Assembly: GCA_963668025.2 (NCBI GenBank)
Contig: CAXXTH010000017.1
Location: 608,001-672,000, forward strand
Direction: 5' to 3'
DNA: 64,000 nucleotides
Source: Candidatus Hydrogenedentota bacterium
GTDB taxonomy: Bacteria; Hydrogenedentota; Hydrogenedentia; Hydrogenedentales; SLHB01
Shown: positions 30,169-39,338 of the stretch, in pieces
Layout of the letters: each line of letters begins with the position of its first letter
How positions within the stretch are numbered: the first letter of the stretch is position 1
Program-made: the position numbers and the translations under genes
The notes under the pieces: generated by a model
The model's database searches: none
Seen by the model: the letters and a program-made list of their open reading frames with translations, nothing else
What the model was told of the DNA's origin: nothing

Positions 30169-30720
30169 TTATAGCGCCAGCCGGATCTGTTCAAGCGAGG
30201 GCTCGCCAAAACAACGCCGGATAATATCCTCGATACCCGCATGCAGCCCCTTCCCGCGCCGCCGCCGGTTGCAGGGGAAATCAAAGGCTCCATCTTGAAC
30301 GGCAAGCACCGGGATATCATCTTCCGATAGCGCCAGAGGCCACAGGTAGCAACTGAACGGTTTTACACGCACGGGGTCATAGCCGCGCTTGAGCGCCGCC
30401 GCATGAAGGCTGCACCACACGGCCCCCTTCGACCGGTAGGCGAATGCGCAGAGGCCGTTTTCATCCGCCGCCAGAACCGTTTCGCCGTCGCTGGACTCCT
30501 CGAATACCTCGGAGTGGCGCAAGCGGGACGCAAAACGCATGGCGTCGCCCAGCCAGCCTACCGCCGCGGATTGTTCCGCATCAGACACCACGACTTCATA
30601 GCAGGCGCAACAGCTCGTTTGCCCCGCGCATAAAACCGGGTCGCATATGTGGGCGATCCCGCGCAAGGCCTTCAGGTCGGCGCGGAGCGTGCCCGCAAAA
30701 CCAGTAATCTCGATATGCAT
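30169..30720 (-). CDS. Cys-rich DUF3109-like protein
   Basis: C...C..SCC N-terminus, CAF, CSLH and KPFSCYLWPL motifs. Confidence 0.65.
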   Translation of the reverse strand: MHIEITGFAGTLRADLKALRGIAHICDPVLCAGQTSCCACYEVVVSDAEQSAAVGWLGDAMRFASRLRHSEVFEESSDGETVLAADENGLCAFAYRSKGAVWCSLHAAALKRGYDPVRVKPFSCYLWPLALSEDDIPVLAVQDGAFDFPCNRRRRGKGLHAGIEDIIRRCFGEPSLEQIRLAL

Positions 30721-30760
30721 GTATGGGCCTTTGAAACAGTAGCGCCCCAGCGATTTGTTT

Positions 30761-31654
30761 CTATCCTTGGTGATGCACCGTCATCCACGGGAGCGTCAGC
30801 GCGCGCAGTATCGTGGCCACGGCGCGGGATTTGTTCAGGCAATAAAAATGCACGCCCCGGCATCCTCGTGCGACCAAATCTTCCACCTGGCGGGTGGCAT
30901 GATACACCCCCACGTCAAACTGGCCTTGCGGGTCATCCATATGCGACTCGAGGCGGGCCAGCAATTCAGGCGGAAGCGTGCTGCCGCATAAGGACGAAAT
31001 GCGCTTGATCTGGTGAAGATTCGTGACCGGCAAAATGCCGGGAACTATCGGCACATGGATGCCCAGCGCTCCACACCGATCACGGAACCGGTAAAAATCG
31101 TCATTATCATAAAAAAGCTGGGTGATAATGATATCCGCCCCGGCGTCCACTTTACGTTTCAAGTGATCGAGGTCCGCGGCGCGATTGGGGGCCTCCATGT
31201 GCGTTTCCGGGTACCCAGCGACAGCCACGCCAAAATCGGGAAATTCGCTCCGAATCAAGGCGACCAATTCGTTCGCATGCCGGAAACCGCCCTCGACTAC
31301 CGGAAACTCCGAAGCCCCCTGCGGCGCATCGCCACGCAACGCCATGATAAAATCCACATGCCGCGTTCGAGCGTCACGCAAATAATCCCGCAATTGATCC
31401 GCCGTCGAACCGACACAGGTTAAATGCGCGGCAACATGCACGGAAAACTCATTGTGAACCCGCTCAACGATATCGAGCGTCCTTCCTTGAGTCGAGCCGC
31501 CAGCGCCATACGTACAAGTCATGTAGGAAGGCCCAAACCGCATCAATTCTTGGATATGCTGGAACAAGTCGTTTTCACTGGCGTCTGTCTTGGGCGGAAA
31601 TAGCTCTATCGATATCGCTACTTTGTCAGAATGGTAGAAGTCCGCTAACTGCAT
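30761..31654 (-). CDS. metF: 5,10-methylenetetrahydrofolate reductase
   Basis: ELFPPK, TYGAGGS, AHLTC, ALRGD, AGYPE, TQLFYD, HFYCLN. Confidence 0.96.
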   Translation of the reverse strand: MQLADFYHSDKVAISIELFPPKTDASENDLFQHIQELMRFGPSYMTCTYGAGGSTQGRTLDIVERVHNEFSVHVAAHLTCVGSTADQLRDYLRDARTRHVDFIMALRGDAPQGASEFPVVEGGFRHANELVALIRSEFPDFGVAVAGYPETHMEAPNRAADLDHLKRKVDAGADIIITQLFYDNDDFYRFRDRCGALGIHVPIVPGILPVTNLHQIKRISSLCGSTLPPELLARLESHMDDPQGQFDVGVYHATRQVEDLVARGCRGVHFYCLNKSRAVATILRALTLPWMTVHHQG

Positions 31655-31705
31655 GATGGCTTCCCGGATTCCTTTCTTTCGTACATGTACTGCTTCATCC
31701 GGATT

Positions 31706-31734
31706 ATTGTATGCGGCATCGCTCCAAGCCGCAA
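31706..31734 (-). promoter_or_regulatory. sigma70-type promoter of metF
   Basis: TTGCGG-N17-TACAAT on the minus strand. Confidence 0.6.
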
Positions 31735-31803
31735 CCTTTTATTTAATGAGAAATCGAAGCCTAAGATAGCATGAACCATGCTTTTATGCGGATAATGGGC
31801 AAG

Positions 31804-31885
31804 ATAAAAACTTGAGGGCCCTCGATGCGGGGGGGGTTGCTATCGAGGGCCCTGCCGGGACCGTGCGCTTCGTCATGTAACGCCA
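31804..31885 (-). ncRNA. Putative ~80-nt sigma54-dependent small RNA ending in a C-rich-loop hairpin
   Basis: Lies downstream of a -24/-12 motif; 12-bp perfect stem AGGGCCCTCGAT/ATCGAGGGCCCT with loop AGCAACCCCCCCCGC, followed by CAAGTTTTT. Confidence 0.5.
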
Positions 31886-31895
31886 CTACGAGGGA

Positions 31896-31911
31896 GCAAC
31901 GTTTATGCCAA
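31896..31911 (-). promoter_or_regulatory. sigma54 (-24/-12) promoter motif with an upstream IHF-like AT-rich site (~31938-31963)
   Basis: Minus strand TTGGCATAAACGTTGC = TGGCA-N6-TTGC, with exact GG-N10-GC spacing. Confidence 0.65.
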
Positions 31912-32186
31912 ATCTATTCCCATTCCAGAAAACGGCGCTAACTATCTTATTTGTAATGAGTTATAGCTTCTATCGCCAACCCAGGCCATACATGCCATTA
32001 CGGAAAATGGCAAAATTCTGTCATAATGACAAACATGCTATCCGGTTGGCGCTTATAAAACGCCAAATCGTTGCCACATCATCCGCGTCTTCCCGAGGAT
32101 CAAAATCTTCGGACTCTTCGCGGAAGCTCCAACATACTGGTGGAGAGCCAGGCCAGGCAAATCACGTTAAAAACTACCCCGAATTG

Positions 32187-32250
32187 GCCTCAAGAGACAC
32201 AAAAAACGCAATAATCCGTTCATTTTGTGTCTTTTGCGCCTTTTGTGGCT
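32187..32250. repeat. Inverted pair of 3 x 9-bp arms
   Basis: GCCTCAAGAGACACAAAAAACGCAATA ... TTTTGTGTCTTTTGCGCCTTTTGTGGC. Confidence 0.7.
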
Positions 32251-32437
32251 CATTTTCTGGAAATGAGGGGAGTGGCATGTCAGATATGTTTGGACGAACA
32301 AACACAAATACGCTGATAAGAGGGAAAAGCACCCTTTCTTAATGCGATTGCCCTGCTGCCAGGCCCCATTGCATCCTGCATTTCAACGGGCTACAGTATA
32401 CAAGTAAAATCCATTACATCGGTTCAAGGAGGTTTAT

Positions 32438-32878
32438 ATGACGATTCGAACTCTCGTCCAAGATGCGCTCAAAGAGGCCATGAAAAACAAAGATACCTTT
32501 CGGCTCGAATGCCTGCGTATGGCGAAAGGCGCTTTATTGCTCAAAGAAAAGGAATCCAGCTCAGAGATTACGGAAGAACAAGCCATGGCGGCCCTGCGCG
32601 CGGAAGTAAGAAAGCGGCAGCAGAGCATCGAGATTTTCCGACAACACGGGAAAGAAGAGGAAGCCCAAGAGACCGAGCGCGAGATTAGTGTCTTCAACGA
32701 GTTTCTCCCCCAGCAACTATCCGAAGAAGAACTCGAAAACCGGGTGCGGGCGTATTTGGCGGCGCATCCCGAGATGAACCATCCCGGCAAACTCACGGGA
32801 GCGATAAAAAAAGAACTCGGCGAACAAGCGGATGGCAAAGCCCTCAACGCCATATGCCAGCGAGTGCTTGGCGCATAA
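32438..32878 (+). CDS. GatB/YqeY domain protein
   Basis: LKEAMKNKD..RL, EVRKRQQSIEIF, FLPQQLSEEE, ADGK; AGGAGG RBS. Confidence 0.93.
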   Translation: MTIRTLVQDALKEAMKNKDTFRLECLRMAKGALLLKEKESSSEITEEQAMAALRAEVRKRQQSIEIFRQHGKEEEAQETEREISVFNEFLPQQLSEEELENRVRAYLAAHPEMNHPGKLTGAIKKELGEQADGKALNAICQRVLGA

Positions 32879-32891
32879 AAAACAAAGTAAA

Positions 32892-32920
32892 GCCTCGGAG
32901 AGCTTCAAACCCTCCGAGGC
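32892..32920. terminator. Hairpin between convergent yqeY and flaG
   Basis: GCCTCGGAG...CTCCGAGGC. Confidence 0.65.
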
Positions 32921-32940
32921 GTTCCAAAATTCCAATCTAT

Positions 32941-33312
32941 TCAGGCCAGTTCGTCGAACAAGAGTCCTTGCACCTGCCGAACCCGCTCCATGATTTGAAG
33001 CTGTTCCTCGGGAGGAATCTGCTGAATGATCTCACCGTCTTGCCCCATAATCTGGGCAATGACCTGTTTGCTTGCTTCATCGAGACGTAGTTTTGTCCCG
33101 GTACGTTCCAGTGCAGCACTCTGAACAGATTGCGCCTTTTCCGTTTGCGAATCGTCGGAAGCTGTCTCCGGCTCCGTCTTTGGCAAGCGCACCATGGGCG
33201 CACTCGCAGCCGCTTCCTCATTCGAGGAGCTTTCTTGCTGCGTAGTCCGAGGCTGGAACTGGGCAGCAAGGGCGGCGCGCACATCTTGACTGGCCACGCT
33301 ATTCACTGCCAT
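32941..33312 (-). CDS. flaG: Flagellar protein FlaG
   Basis: Directly follows a flagellin; C-terminal GEIIQQIPPEEQL...GLLFDE. Confidence 0.88.
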   Translation of the reverse strand: MAVNSVASQDVRAALAAQFQPRTTQQESSSNEEAAASAPMVRLPKTEPETASDDSQTEKAQSVQSAALERTGTKLRLDEASKQVIAQIMGQDGEIIQQIPPEEQLQIMERVRQVQGLLFDELA

Positions 33313-33349
33313 GATCCATTCCTCCTATCAAACACCCGGCACACTGCCG

Positions 33350-34198
33350 CTACCCCAACAACGTAAGTGCATTTTGAGGCAGGATATTTGCCTGAGCAAG
33401 CACCGACGTGCCTGAACTGACGAGGATCTGGTTCCTGGTGAAGCCTATCGTCTCTTTGGCGATATCCGCATCACGAATCTCGCTCTCGGCAGCCGTCGCA
33501 TTTTCTTCCTGCGTCGCCAGATTATTTATCGTGTAATCCAAGCGATTCTGATACGCACCCAACTGGGAGCGCATGGAAGATACGGCGTTAATCGCGTTAT
33601 CAAAGGTTGTGATGGCTGTCTGAGCCGTTGCTTGAGTCGTGAGCGAAGAAGCAACAATCGATGTCGCTCCAATGCTGCCTGCGTTGACCCGGATGCTGTC
33701 CGTCGAGAAATTCAACGTAAACGTCTCGCCGTTCTTCGCGCCGATTTGCAGAGTGATGTTGCCATACCCTGTACCGGTGCTGCTCAGCATATAGATGCCG
33801 TTGAAGTTCGTCTGCGACGCGATCGACTCGATCTGCGCCGTGAGCTGGGCGCGCTCCTTATCGAGTTCCGTCCGGTTGGTGTCCGTATTCGTGCCGTTCG
33901 CGGCCTGCACCGCCAATTCACGCATACGCTGGAGCATATTGCCCACTTCGACCAGCGCGCCTTCCGCCGTCTGCACCATGCTGATGCCGTCTTGCGCATT
34001 GCGCTGCGCCACCTCCGAACCTGTCGCCTGGGCCTTGAATCCCTCAGCGATATACAGGCCAGCCGCATCATCAGCGGCGCGGTTAATCTTCAAACCGCTC
34101 GATAAGCGCTCCAACGACGTATTCAACGCGTCAGATGACTTTTCCAGTGAACGCGAGGCGTTCATTGCCGGAATATTCGTATTGATATTGAGACCCAT
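33350..34198 (-). CDS. fliC: Flagellin (short, D0/D1 only), third in tandem
   Basis: INTN..ERLSSGLKINRAADDAAG; RSQLGAYQNRL; IRDADIAKE; AAGGAGG RBS. Confidence 0.97.
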   Translation of the reverse strand: MGLNINTNIPAMNASRSLEKSSDALNTSLERLSSGLKINRAADDAAGLYIAEGFKAQATGSEVAQRNAQDGISMVQTAEGALVEVGNMLQRMRELAVQAANGTNTDTNRTELDKERAQLTAQIESIASQTNFNGIYMLSSTGTGYGNITLQIGAKNGETFTLNFSTDSIRVNAGSIGATSIVASSLTTQATAQTAITTFDNAINAVSSMRSQLGAYQNRLDYTINNLATQEENATAAESEIRDADIAKETIGFTRNQILVSSGTSVLAQANILPQNALTLLG

Positions 34199-34429
34199 GT
34201 TCAAACCCTCCTTGAGTGCTATACGGGGAGTCCCATCCCCGATCTAAAGGCTCGCCTGTTCAGGCCATCCTCCCATTGGATCACCCTCTTTAGCTCGCCG
34301 CCGGCCTTTCTGCACGGTGTGTCCCTCACCTTACAGTACCGGTTCTCAATCTGTTGGCTTCACCTCCTTCACGCAACGATGTTGCTGGATTGGCGGCATA
34401 CTTCCTCTTTCGCTAACCCATTATTCCCG

Positions 34430-35278
34430 TTATTGAAGCAGTTGAAGCGCTGACTGCGGCAACACATTAGCTTGCGCCAGCATGGAAGTGCCCGCGCTCA
34501 CCAAGATCTGGTTTCGCGTGAAACTAATAGTCTCTGTTGCGATGTCCGCATCACGAATCGCACTTTCCGCCGAGGTCGCATTCTCTTCCTGAACCGCAAG
34601 ATTATTAATCGTATAATCCAAACGATTCTGGTATGCGCCCAACTGGGAACGCATGGAAGACACCGCATTGATCGCGTTGTCAAATGTCGTGATAGCCGTC
34701 TGTGCGGTCGCCTGGGTCGAGAGCGATGACGCCAGAATCGATACCGTCCCAATTGTTCCTGAATTGATCCGGATGCTATCCGTCGAGAAAGTCAACGTGA
34801 AGGTTTCGCCATTCTTCGCGCCGATTTGAAGCGTGATGTTGCCATACCCGGTGCCCGCACTATTGAGCATATAGATGCCATTGAAGTTGGTTTGGGTGGC
34901 GATCGATTCGATCTGCGATGTAAGCTGGGCGCGTTCTTTATCCAATTCCGTCCGGTTGGTGTCCGTATTGGTGCCGTTCGCAGCCTGAACGGCCAATTCG
35001 CGCATCCGCTGGAGCATGTTTCCTACTTCAACCAGCGCGCCTTCCGCCGTCTGCACCATGCTGATGCCGTCTTGCGCATTGCGCTGCGCCACATCCGAAC
35101 CCGTAGCTTGCGCCTTGAATCCTTCTGCAATATATAAGCCCGCGGCATCATCCGCTGCGCGGTTGATCCGCAGACCACTGGATAGCCGTTCCAGCGAGGT
35201 TTCTAAGGCCGATGTCGATTTTTCAAGCGAACGGCTAGTATTCATCGCAGCTATATTTGTATTGATATTAAGGCCCAT
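34430..35278 (-). CDS. fliC: Flagellin (short), second in tandem
   Basis: Same conserved termini; AAGGAGG RBS. Confidence 0.97.
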   Translation of the reverse strand: MGLNINTNIAAMNTSRSLEKSTSALETSLERLSSGLRINRAADDAAGLYIAEGFKAQATGSDVAQRNAQDGISMVQTAEGALVEVGNMLQRMRELAVQAANGTNTDTNRTELDKERAQLTSQIESIATQTNFNGIYMLNSAGTGYGNITLQIGAKNGETFTLTFSTDSIRINSGTIGTVSILASSLSTQATAQTAITTFDNAINAVSSMRSQLGAYQNRLDYTINNLAVQEENATSAESAIRDADIATETISFTRNQILVSAGTSMLAQANVLPQSALQLLQ

Positions 35279-35490
35279 GTTCTTTCCCTCCTTGAGCGCC
35301 CGGCGGGGAGTCCCTTCCCGCCATAGGGCTAAGTTGAATGTGGTCCATTTCCCAGCGGCCAGCTATGCTCACGCATTGTCCCTTGGCCAGCCGCCGGGAC
35401 ATTTATCTATTCGATATGCGCCCCCTTTCTTGCAAATCGCTTCATTCGTATTACCCTTCCCTTGAGCGCGCTCTACTCTTTCCAGTGTCC

Positions 35491-36342
35491 CTACTGGAGG
35501 AGTTGGAGCGCTGTTTGCGGAACCACGTTGGCCTGTGATAACACCGACGTGCCCGCGCTCACCAATATCTGATTCCTGGTAAAGCTAATCGTCTCTTTAG
35601 CCATATCCGCGTCACGAATCGAGCTTTCAGAGGACGTTGCATTTTCTTCTTGCGTTGCCAAATTGTTAATCGTGTAATCCAGCCGGTTCTGGTAAGCGCC
35701 CAACTGGGAGCGCATGGAAGATACCGCATTGATGGCGCTATCAAATGTCGTGATAGCCGTCTGCGCTGTCGCTTGAGTTGTCAGCGATGACGCCACAATT
35801 GAGGTCGTTCCAATAAGGCCGCCGTTGATGCGGATGTTATCCGTCGCAAAAGTCAGCGTAAGCGTTTCACCCGTTTTTGCGCCAATCTGGAGCGTAACAT
35901 TCCCATACCCCACACCTGCGGCGTTGAGCATGTACAATCCATTGAAGTTGGTCTGGGTGGCGATGGACTCGATCTGAGATGTTAGCTGCGCTCGCTCTTT
36001 ATCAAGCTCCGTCCGGTTCGTATCCGTATTCGTGCCGTTCGCCGCTTGAACGGCCAATTCACGCATCCGCTGGAGCATATTGCCTACTTCAACCAGTGCG
36101 CCTTCCGCCGTCTGCACCATGCTGATGCCATCTTGCGCATTGCGCTGCGCTACCGCGGAACCTTTCGCCTGCGACCGCAATCCCTCTGCAATATACAGCC
36201 CGGCTGCATCATCCGACGCGCGGTTAATGCGTAATCCACTTGATAGACGTTCGAGGCTGGTATTCAGAGCTTTTGTCGATTTGTTAAGGTTGCGGTTCGT
36301 GTTGATGGCCGCAATATTTGTGTTGACGACTAAACCTGCCAT
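35491..36342 (-). CDS. fliC: Flagellin (short), first in tandem
   Basis: Start MAGLVVNTN at 36342 with GGAGGA RBS (ORF track over-extends to 36495). Confidence 0.97.
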   Translation of the reverse strand: MAGLVVNTNIAAINTNRNLNKSTKALNTSLERLSSGLRINRASDDAAGLYIAEGLRSQAKGSAVAQRNAQDGISMVQTAEGALVEVGNMLQRMRELAVQAANGTNTDTNRTELDKERAQLTSQIESIATQTNFNGLYMLNAAGVGYGNVTLQIGAKTGETLTLTFATDNIRINGGLIGTTSIVASSLTTQATAQTAITTFDSAINAVSSMRSQLGAYQNRLDYTINNLATQEENATSSESSIRDADMAKETISFTRNQILVSAGTSVLSQANVVPQTALQLLQ

Positions 36343-36985
36343 TGCTACATCCTCCGTGAGTACATTGTTGCGTATCCGTACGCAACTGCCCAAAATGCTT
36401 GCACGTTTTCCATAAACGCATCGTCCCAACGCGCCTGAACTATGGAAAAACATGCTCCGCTTCCAAACAATAGGCCCGAAAGCAGAACCCAGCACCGCAT
36501 CCCAGTTCGTATGGCCCCGGCTTCATGCACCTGTCCTTGTGTTATTCCCAAACAGGTATCGCATGCAGCCGCAGGCCCACGGGTCCCATGGAGTGCGCTA
36601 CTGGCGCGGCCACCCCGTTTCATTCCAGCGGCGCGTCCCACCACGCCAGACTAGAAATCCCTCAGCGCCAACTTGGCTTTCCCTGCCTGAACACGCCCGC
36701 CGCGCCGCATCTAACCGTCCCGAAAGAGTGCTTCACGCCTGCCGTGCTCGAGTCGCCGCCGAGCCTCCCCGTGAAAGGGAGACCGGATGTCCGCTCATTC
36801 AACTGTATATCCAGGTCTTGCCCTGGTTAAAGTGCTACTCCTTTCAACCGTCCTCCGTGACGGCCCCTCCGGCTTCTCGCAGCGCCCAGTCCCACCGTGC
36901 GCCACTCGCCGCCTTCGGCGATTTCCAGCATCCTTGCCTTCCGAGCCTCTGGGCGGCTTCACCAGCCACTTTCCAGCGCTCTCGA
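36343..36985 (-). promoter_or_regulatory. ~640-nt GGA-rich 5' leader of the flagellin operon with CsrA-type hairpins
   Basis: No credible ORF; hairpins TTGCGT-ACGGAT-ACGCAA, GGC-AAGGAT-GCT and CCGTC-ACGGAG-GACGG. Confidence 0.6.
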
Positions 36986-36990
36986 CGTAT

Positions 36991-37017
36991 TTATCGGCAG
37001 GCTTGAGCCAAACTTTA
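36991..37017 (-). promoter_or_regulatory. sigma28 (FliA) promoter
   Basis: TAAA-GTTTGGCTCAAGCCT(N15)-GCCGATAA, an exact consensus match. Confidence 0.92.
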
Positions 37018-37150
37018 GTCATTTTTTTCGAAACAACTCATTTTTTTTGAAAACAGTTTTTTAGGCGTAAAAACGCTTTGCGCCTGGCCAATCATTGTTC
37101 TAGAATATGCCCATATAAAACCGTACGGTAGTTTCGAGGAGCATACCCAC

Positions 37151-37657
37151 ATGCCTGACGCCGCCAATTTCCGCTTCGACCACTCTCTTGGCCCTATTTA
37201 TGGCTGGTTCAGCGAACGGGGCTTGCGCTGGTTGAAATTGCCCAATCCGGCTCATCAAGCTCCACGCTTGCCCCTACTCCACTCCTCCGTGAACGATATG
37301 CGCGTCTGGACACTCCATGCCGCTCTGGAACGGTATTTCGCGGGCATTCGCCAAGACTTTCAAGAGGTGCCGCTCGACCTTCAGCAAGGCACTCCTTTCC
37401 AGCACAGCGTCTGGCTCACGGCCCGGGATACCGTATGGGGTTGCGCTTCCTCATACGGCGCACTTGCCCGTCAATTGGGTAATCCCAACGCCTCCCGCGC
37501 CGTAGGCCAAGCCCTTGGCGCCAATCCTGTCCCCATACTCGTGCCTTGCCACCGCTTTCTCGCCCACGATGGCCGCTTAGGCGGATTCTCCTGCGGCCTA
37601 GAATGGAAACGGCTCTTGCTCGATACCGAAATAATCTCCGCCAAAACCCGCGATTGA
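37151..37657 (+). CDS. ogt: Methylated-DNA-protein-cysteine methyltransferase
   Basis: GTPFQ..VW, SYG.LA, RAVGQA, NPVPILVPCHR active site; upstream TTGCGC-N17-TAGAAT. Confidence 0.93.
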   Translation: MPDAANFRFDHSLGPIYGWFSERGLRWLKLPNPAHQAPRLPLLHSSVNDMRVWTLHAALERYFAGIRQDFQEVPLDLQQGTPFQHSVWLTARDTVWGCASSYGALARQLGNPNASRAVGQALGANPVPILVPCHRFLAHDGRLGGFSCGLEWKRLLLDTEIISAKTRD

Positions 37658-37750
37658 TTTCTCCACACAAGAGAGAAATAATGCTTCTACAGATCCACTC
37701 TGACGGCATAGTGAGTATTATAATTATAGTGAGATTAGGGAGAATTCTGA

Positions 37751-38581
37751 ATGCCGGCATGCATCCATGCTCCATTTGAGGTGATTTTTCTAGGCACAAG
37801 CGGCGGATTCATGATTCCCTCGTTTCATTGTCCATGCGAACGATGCCAGGAAGCCCGGCAATCTCCCGCCAAGGCCCGGACCCGTGCATCCGTATTAGTC
37901 CGTGGCGTAGAAACCATCCTCATTGACGCGAGCGCGGACATGGCTCTCCAGTTGGAGCGGGAATCCATTCGCCAAATAGATCGCATGTTTATCACCCACT
38001 GGCACTATGACCACATCCAAGGCTTGCCCGACCTCTTAATGCCCGCTAAGTTCGGAGGATGGAAACCGGTCGAGTTATATTTTCCCTCTCAGATGGCCCA
38101 CCACTTCGATGAAGACTTGGATTACCTGAATGGCATTGTGCAGCTTCATCCCGTTGAGCCAGGCGATTGCCTCGAGCTGCCCGATGGGCGCTGGGAGGTC
38201 GTCAAGACCACCCATACCCCGGAAAGCATCGGATTCATCTTCGGAAAAAAGGAGCGCCTGGCCTATCTGGTCGATGGGGTTGTACCGCCGCTGGAAACAC
38301 AGGAAAGGCTCAAGGACGTCTCTGTCTTGGTATTGGAATCCACCTTCGATGAAATCGAACCGCCCGAGGCGAGGCAATGGCCAAACTTCCATGCCCAGGC
38401 CGCTATCGATTTCTGGAAAAAGACCGGCATTCCTAAGTGCTATCTCACCCATCTGGCGTGCCATAGCTTCATCAATGGCCTGGTCGTGGCGGGCTTTTCA
38501 GACGAGAAACGAAAAGAGCTGGAACAGGCATACTCAGGGCTGGTTTTCGCTCATGACAAGATGCGTTTTCAATTGGCTTAA
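37751..38581 (+). CDS. MBL-fold hydrolase (PhnP-like phosphodiesterase)
   Basis: FLGTSGG, CPCERC, THWHYDHIQG, LTHL, FAHD. Confidence 0.88.
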   Translation: MPACIHAPFEVIFLGTSGGFMIPSFHCPCERCQEARQSPAKARTRASVLVRGVETILIDASADMALQLERESIRQIDRMFITHWHYDHIQGLPDLLMPAKFGGWKPVELYFPSQMAHHFDEDLDYLNGIVQLHPVEPGDCLELPDGRWEVVKTTHTPESIGFIFGKKERLAYLVDGVVPPLETQERLKDVSVLVLESTFDEIEPPEARQWPNFHAQAAIDFWKKTGIPKCYLTHLACHSFINGLVVAGFSDEKRKELEQAYSGLVFAHDKMRFQLA

Positions 38582-38645
38582 AGTAAAAACTGATAAAAAG
38601 AAACTCAGCAGCTTCATTTTATCCTTTACATTTTCAACTCCCCTA

Positions 38646-39150
38646 TCAATTAAAAGGGACACGAACATCGAGTGCCATTTCCATATGCAATATCTCCTTT
38701 CCCACATTCCATTGAAGGTGGAACCGCCCATTTATTCCAACATCACCAATGTAATGCGAGCTATACATAAAAGATCCTTTCTCCCCAACAGAATCAAACA
38801 TGCTGGGAGCCTGCCATTTTCTCCTATCAAAATAGTCCTTCCACTTTTTCCTAAACGCCAAGGGGATACTGTATCCTATCCCACGGGAATTGATGTCAAA
38901 ATAGACTTACATCCATCGTTTGTGTATCAGCGAATATCCTCGCATATATCCGAAATATTCATCGATAATCCGGGATGTCTATATAATCATGCTTAAAAAG
39001 CCGCAAAGCGAATGGGTCAATTTATATGTACATTTTGATTTCGGAAACGTTGAGCCGGGACGAGCCGCCCACCTTCCGCACTGCGCCATGCAACCAAAGC
39101 TGCTGGATGAATTTTCAAGCGGCAGCCCCGTTACCTGAAATGATGAAATG
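38646..39150 (-). pseudogene. AT-rich degraded coding remnant
   Basis: One minus frame reads protein-like to stop 38646 (...VYFDINSRGIGYSIPLAFRKKWKDYF...EMALDVRVPFN) but has in-frame TAG and TAA; no family recognised. Confidence 0.3.
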
Positions 39151-39338
39151 TATTATGTATTTAACAATGCCATCCGAAATGATGCCCAAAAAAGCAGCTC
39201 AACATCAGATAGTTCTAAATCCAGCCACGTAGACAGCCAAGATGAACGCTCATCATGGAGATTCCATGCGTGATGTAATTTAGGATTTACTTTTGTGGTG
39301 GGACTGAAAAATGCCTTGTGTTATGCTAAGGGCTTCCA

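Noticed and set aside
31655-31900. SAM or SAH riboswitch upstream of metF
   Set aside because: No SAM-I (ATC..GAG...GCAACC...GTGC..GAT) or SAH core could be traced; metF has its own promoter ~50 nt from the start.
31905-32342. 145-aa ORF
   Set aside because: Runs across promoter elements and the inverted 9-mer repeat and has atypical composition; likely spurious.
33350-36342. Invertible or silent-cassette flagellin switching
   Set aside because: All three genes are intact with SDs on the same strand; no invertase or flanking inverted recombination sites seen.
36343-36644. 99-aa ORF or N-terminal extension of the first flagellin
   Set aside because: No SD or protein-like composition; the flagellin has a strong SD at its conserved start 36342.
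38646-39150. Stop-codon reassignment
   Set aside because: Both TAG and TAA interrupt the frame, and all three stops end normal genes elsewhere in the window.
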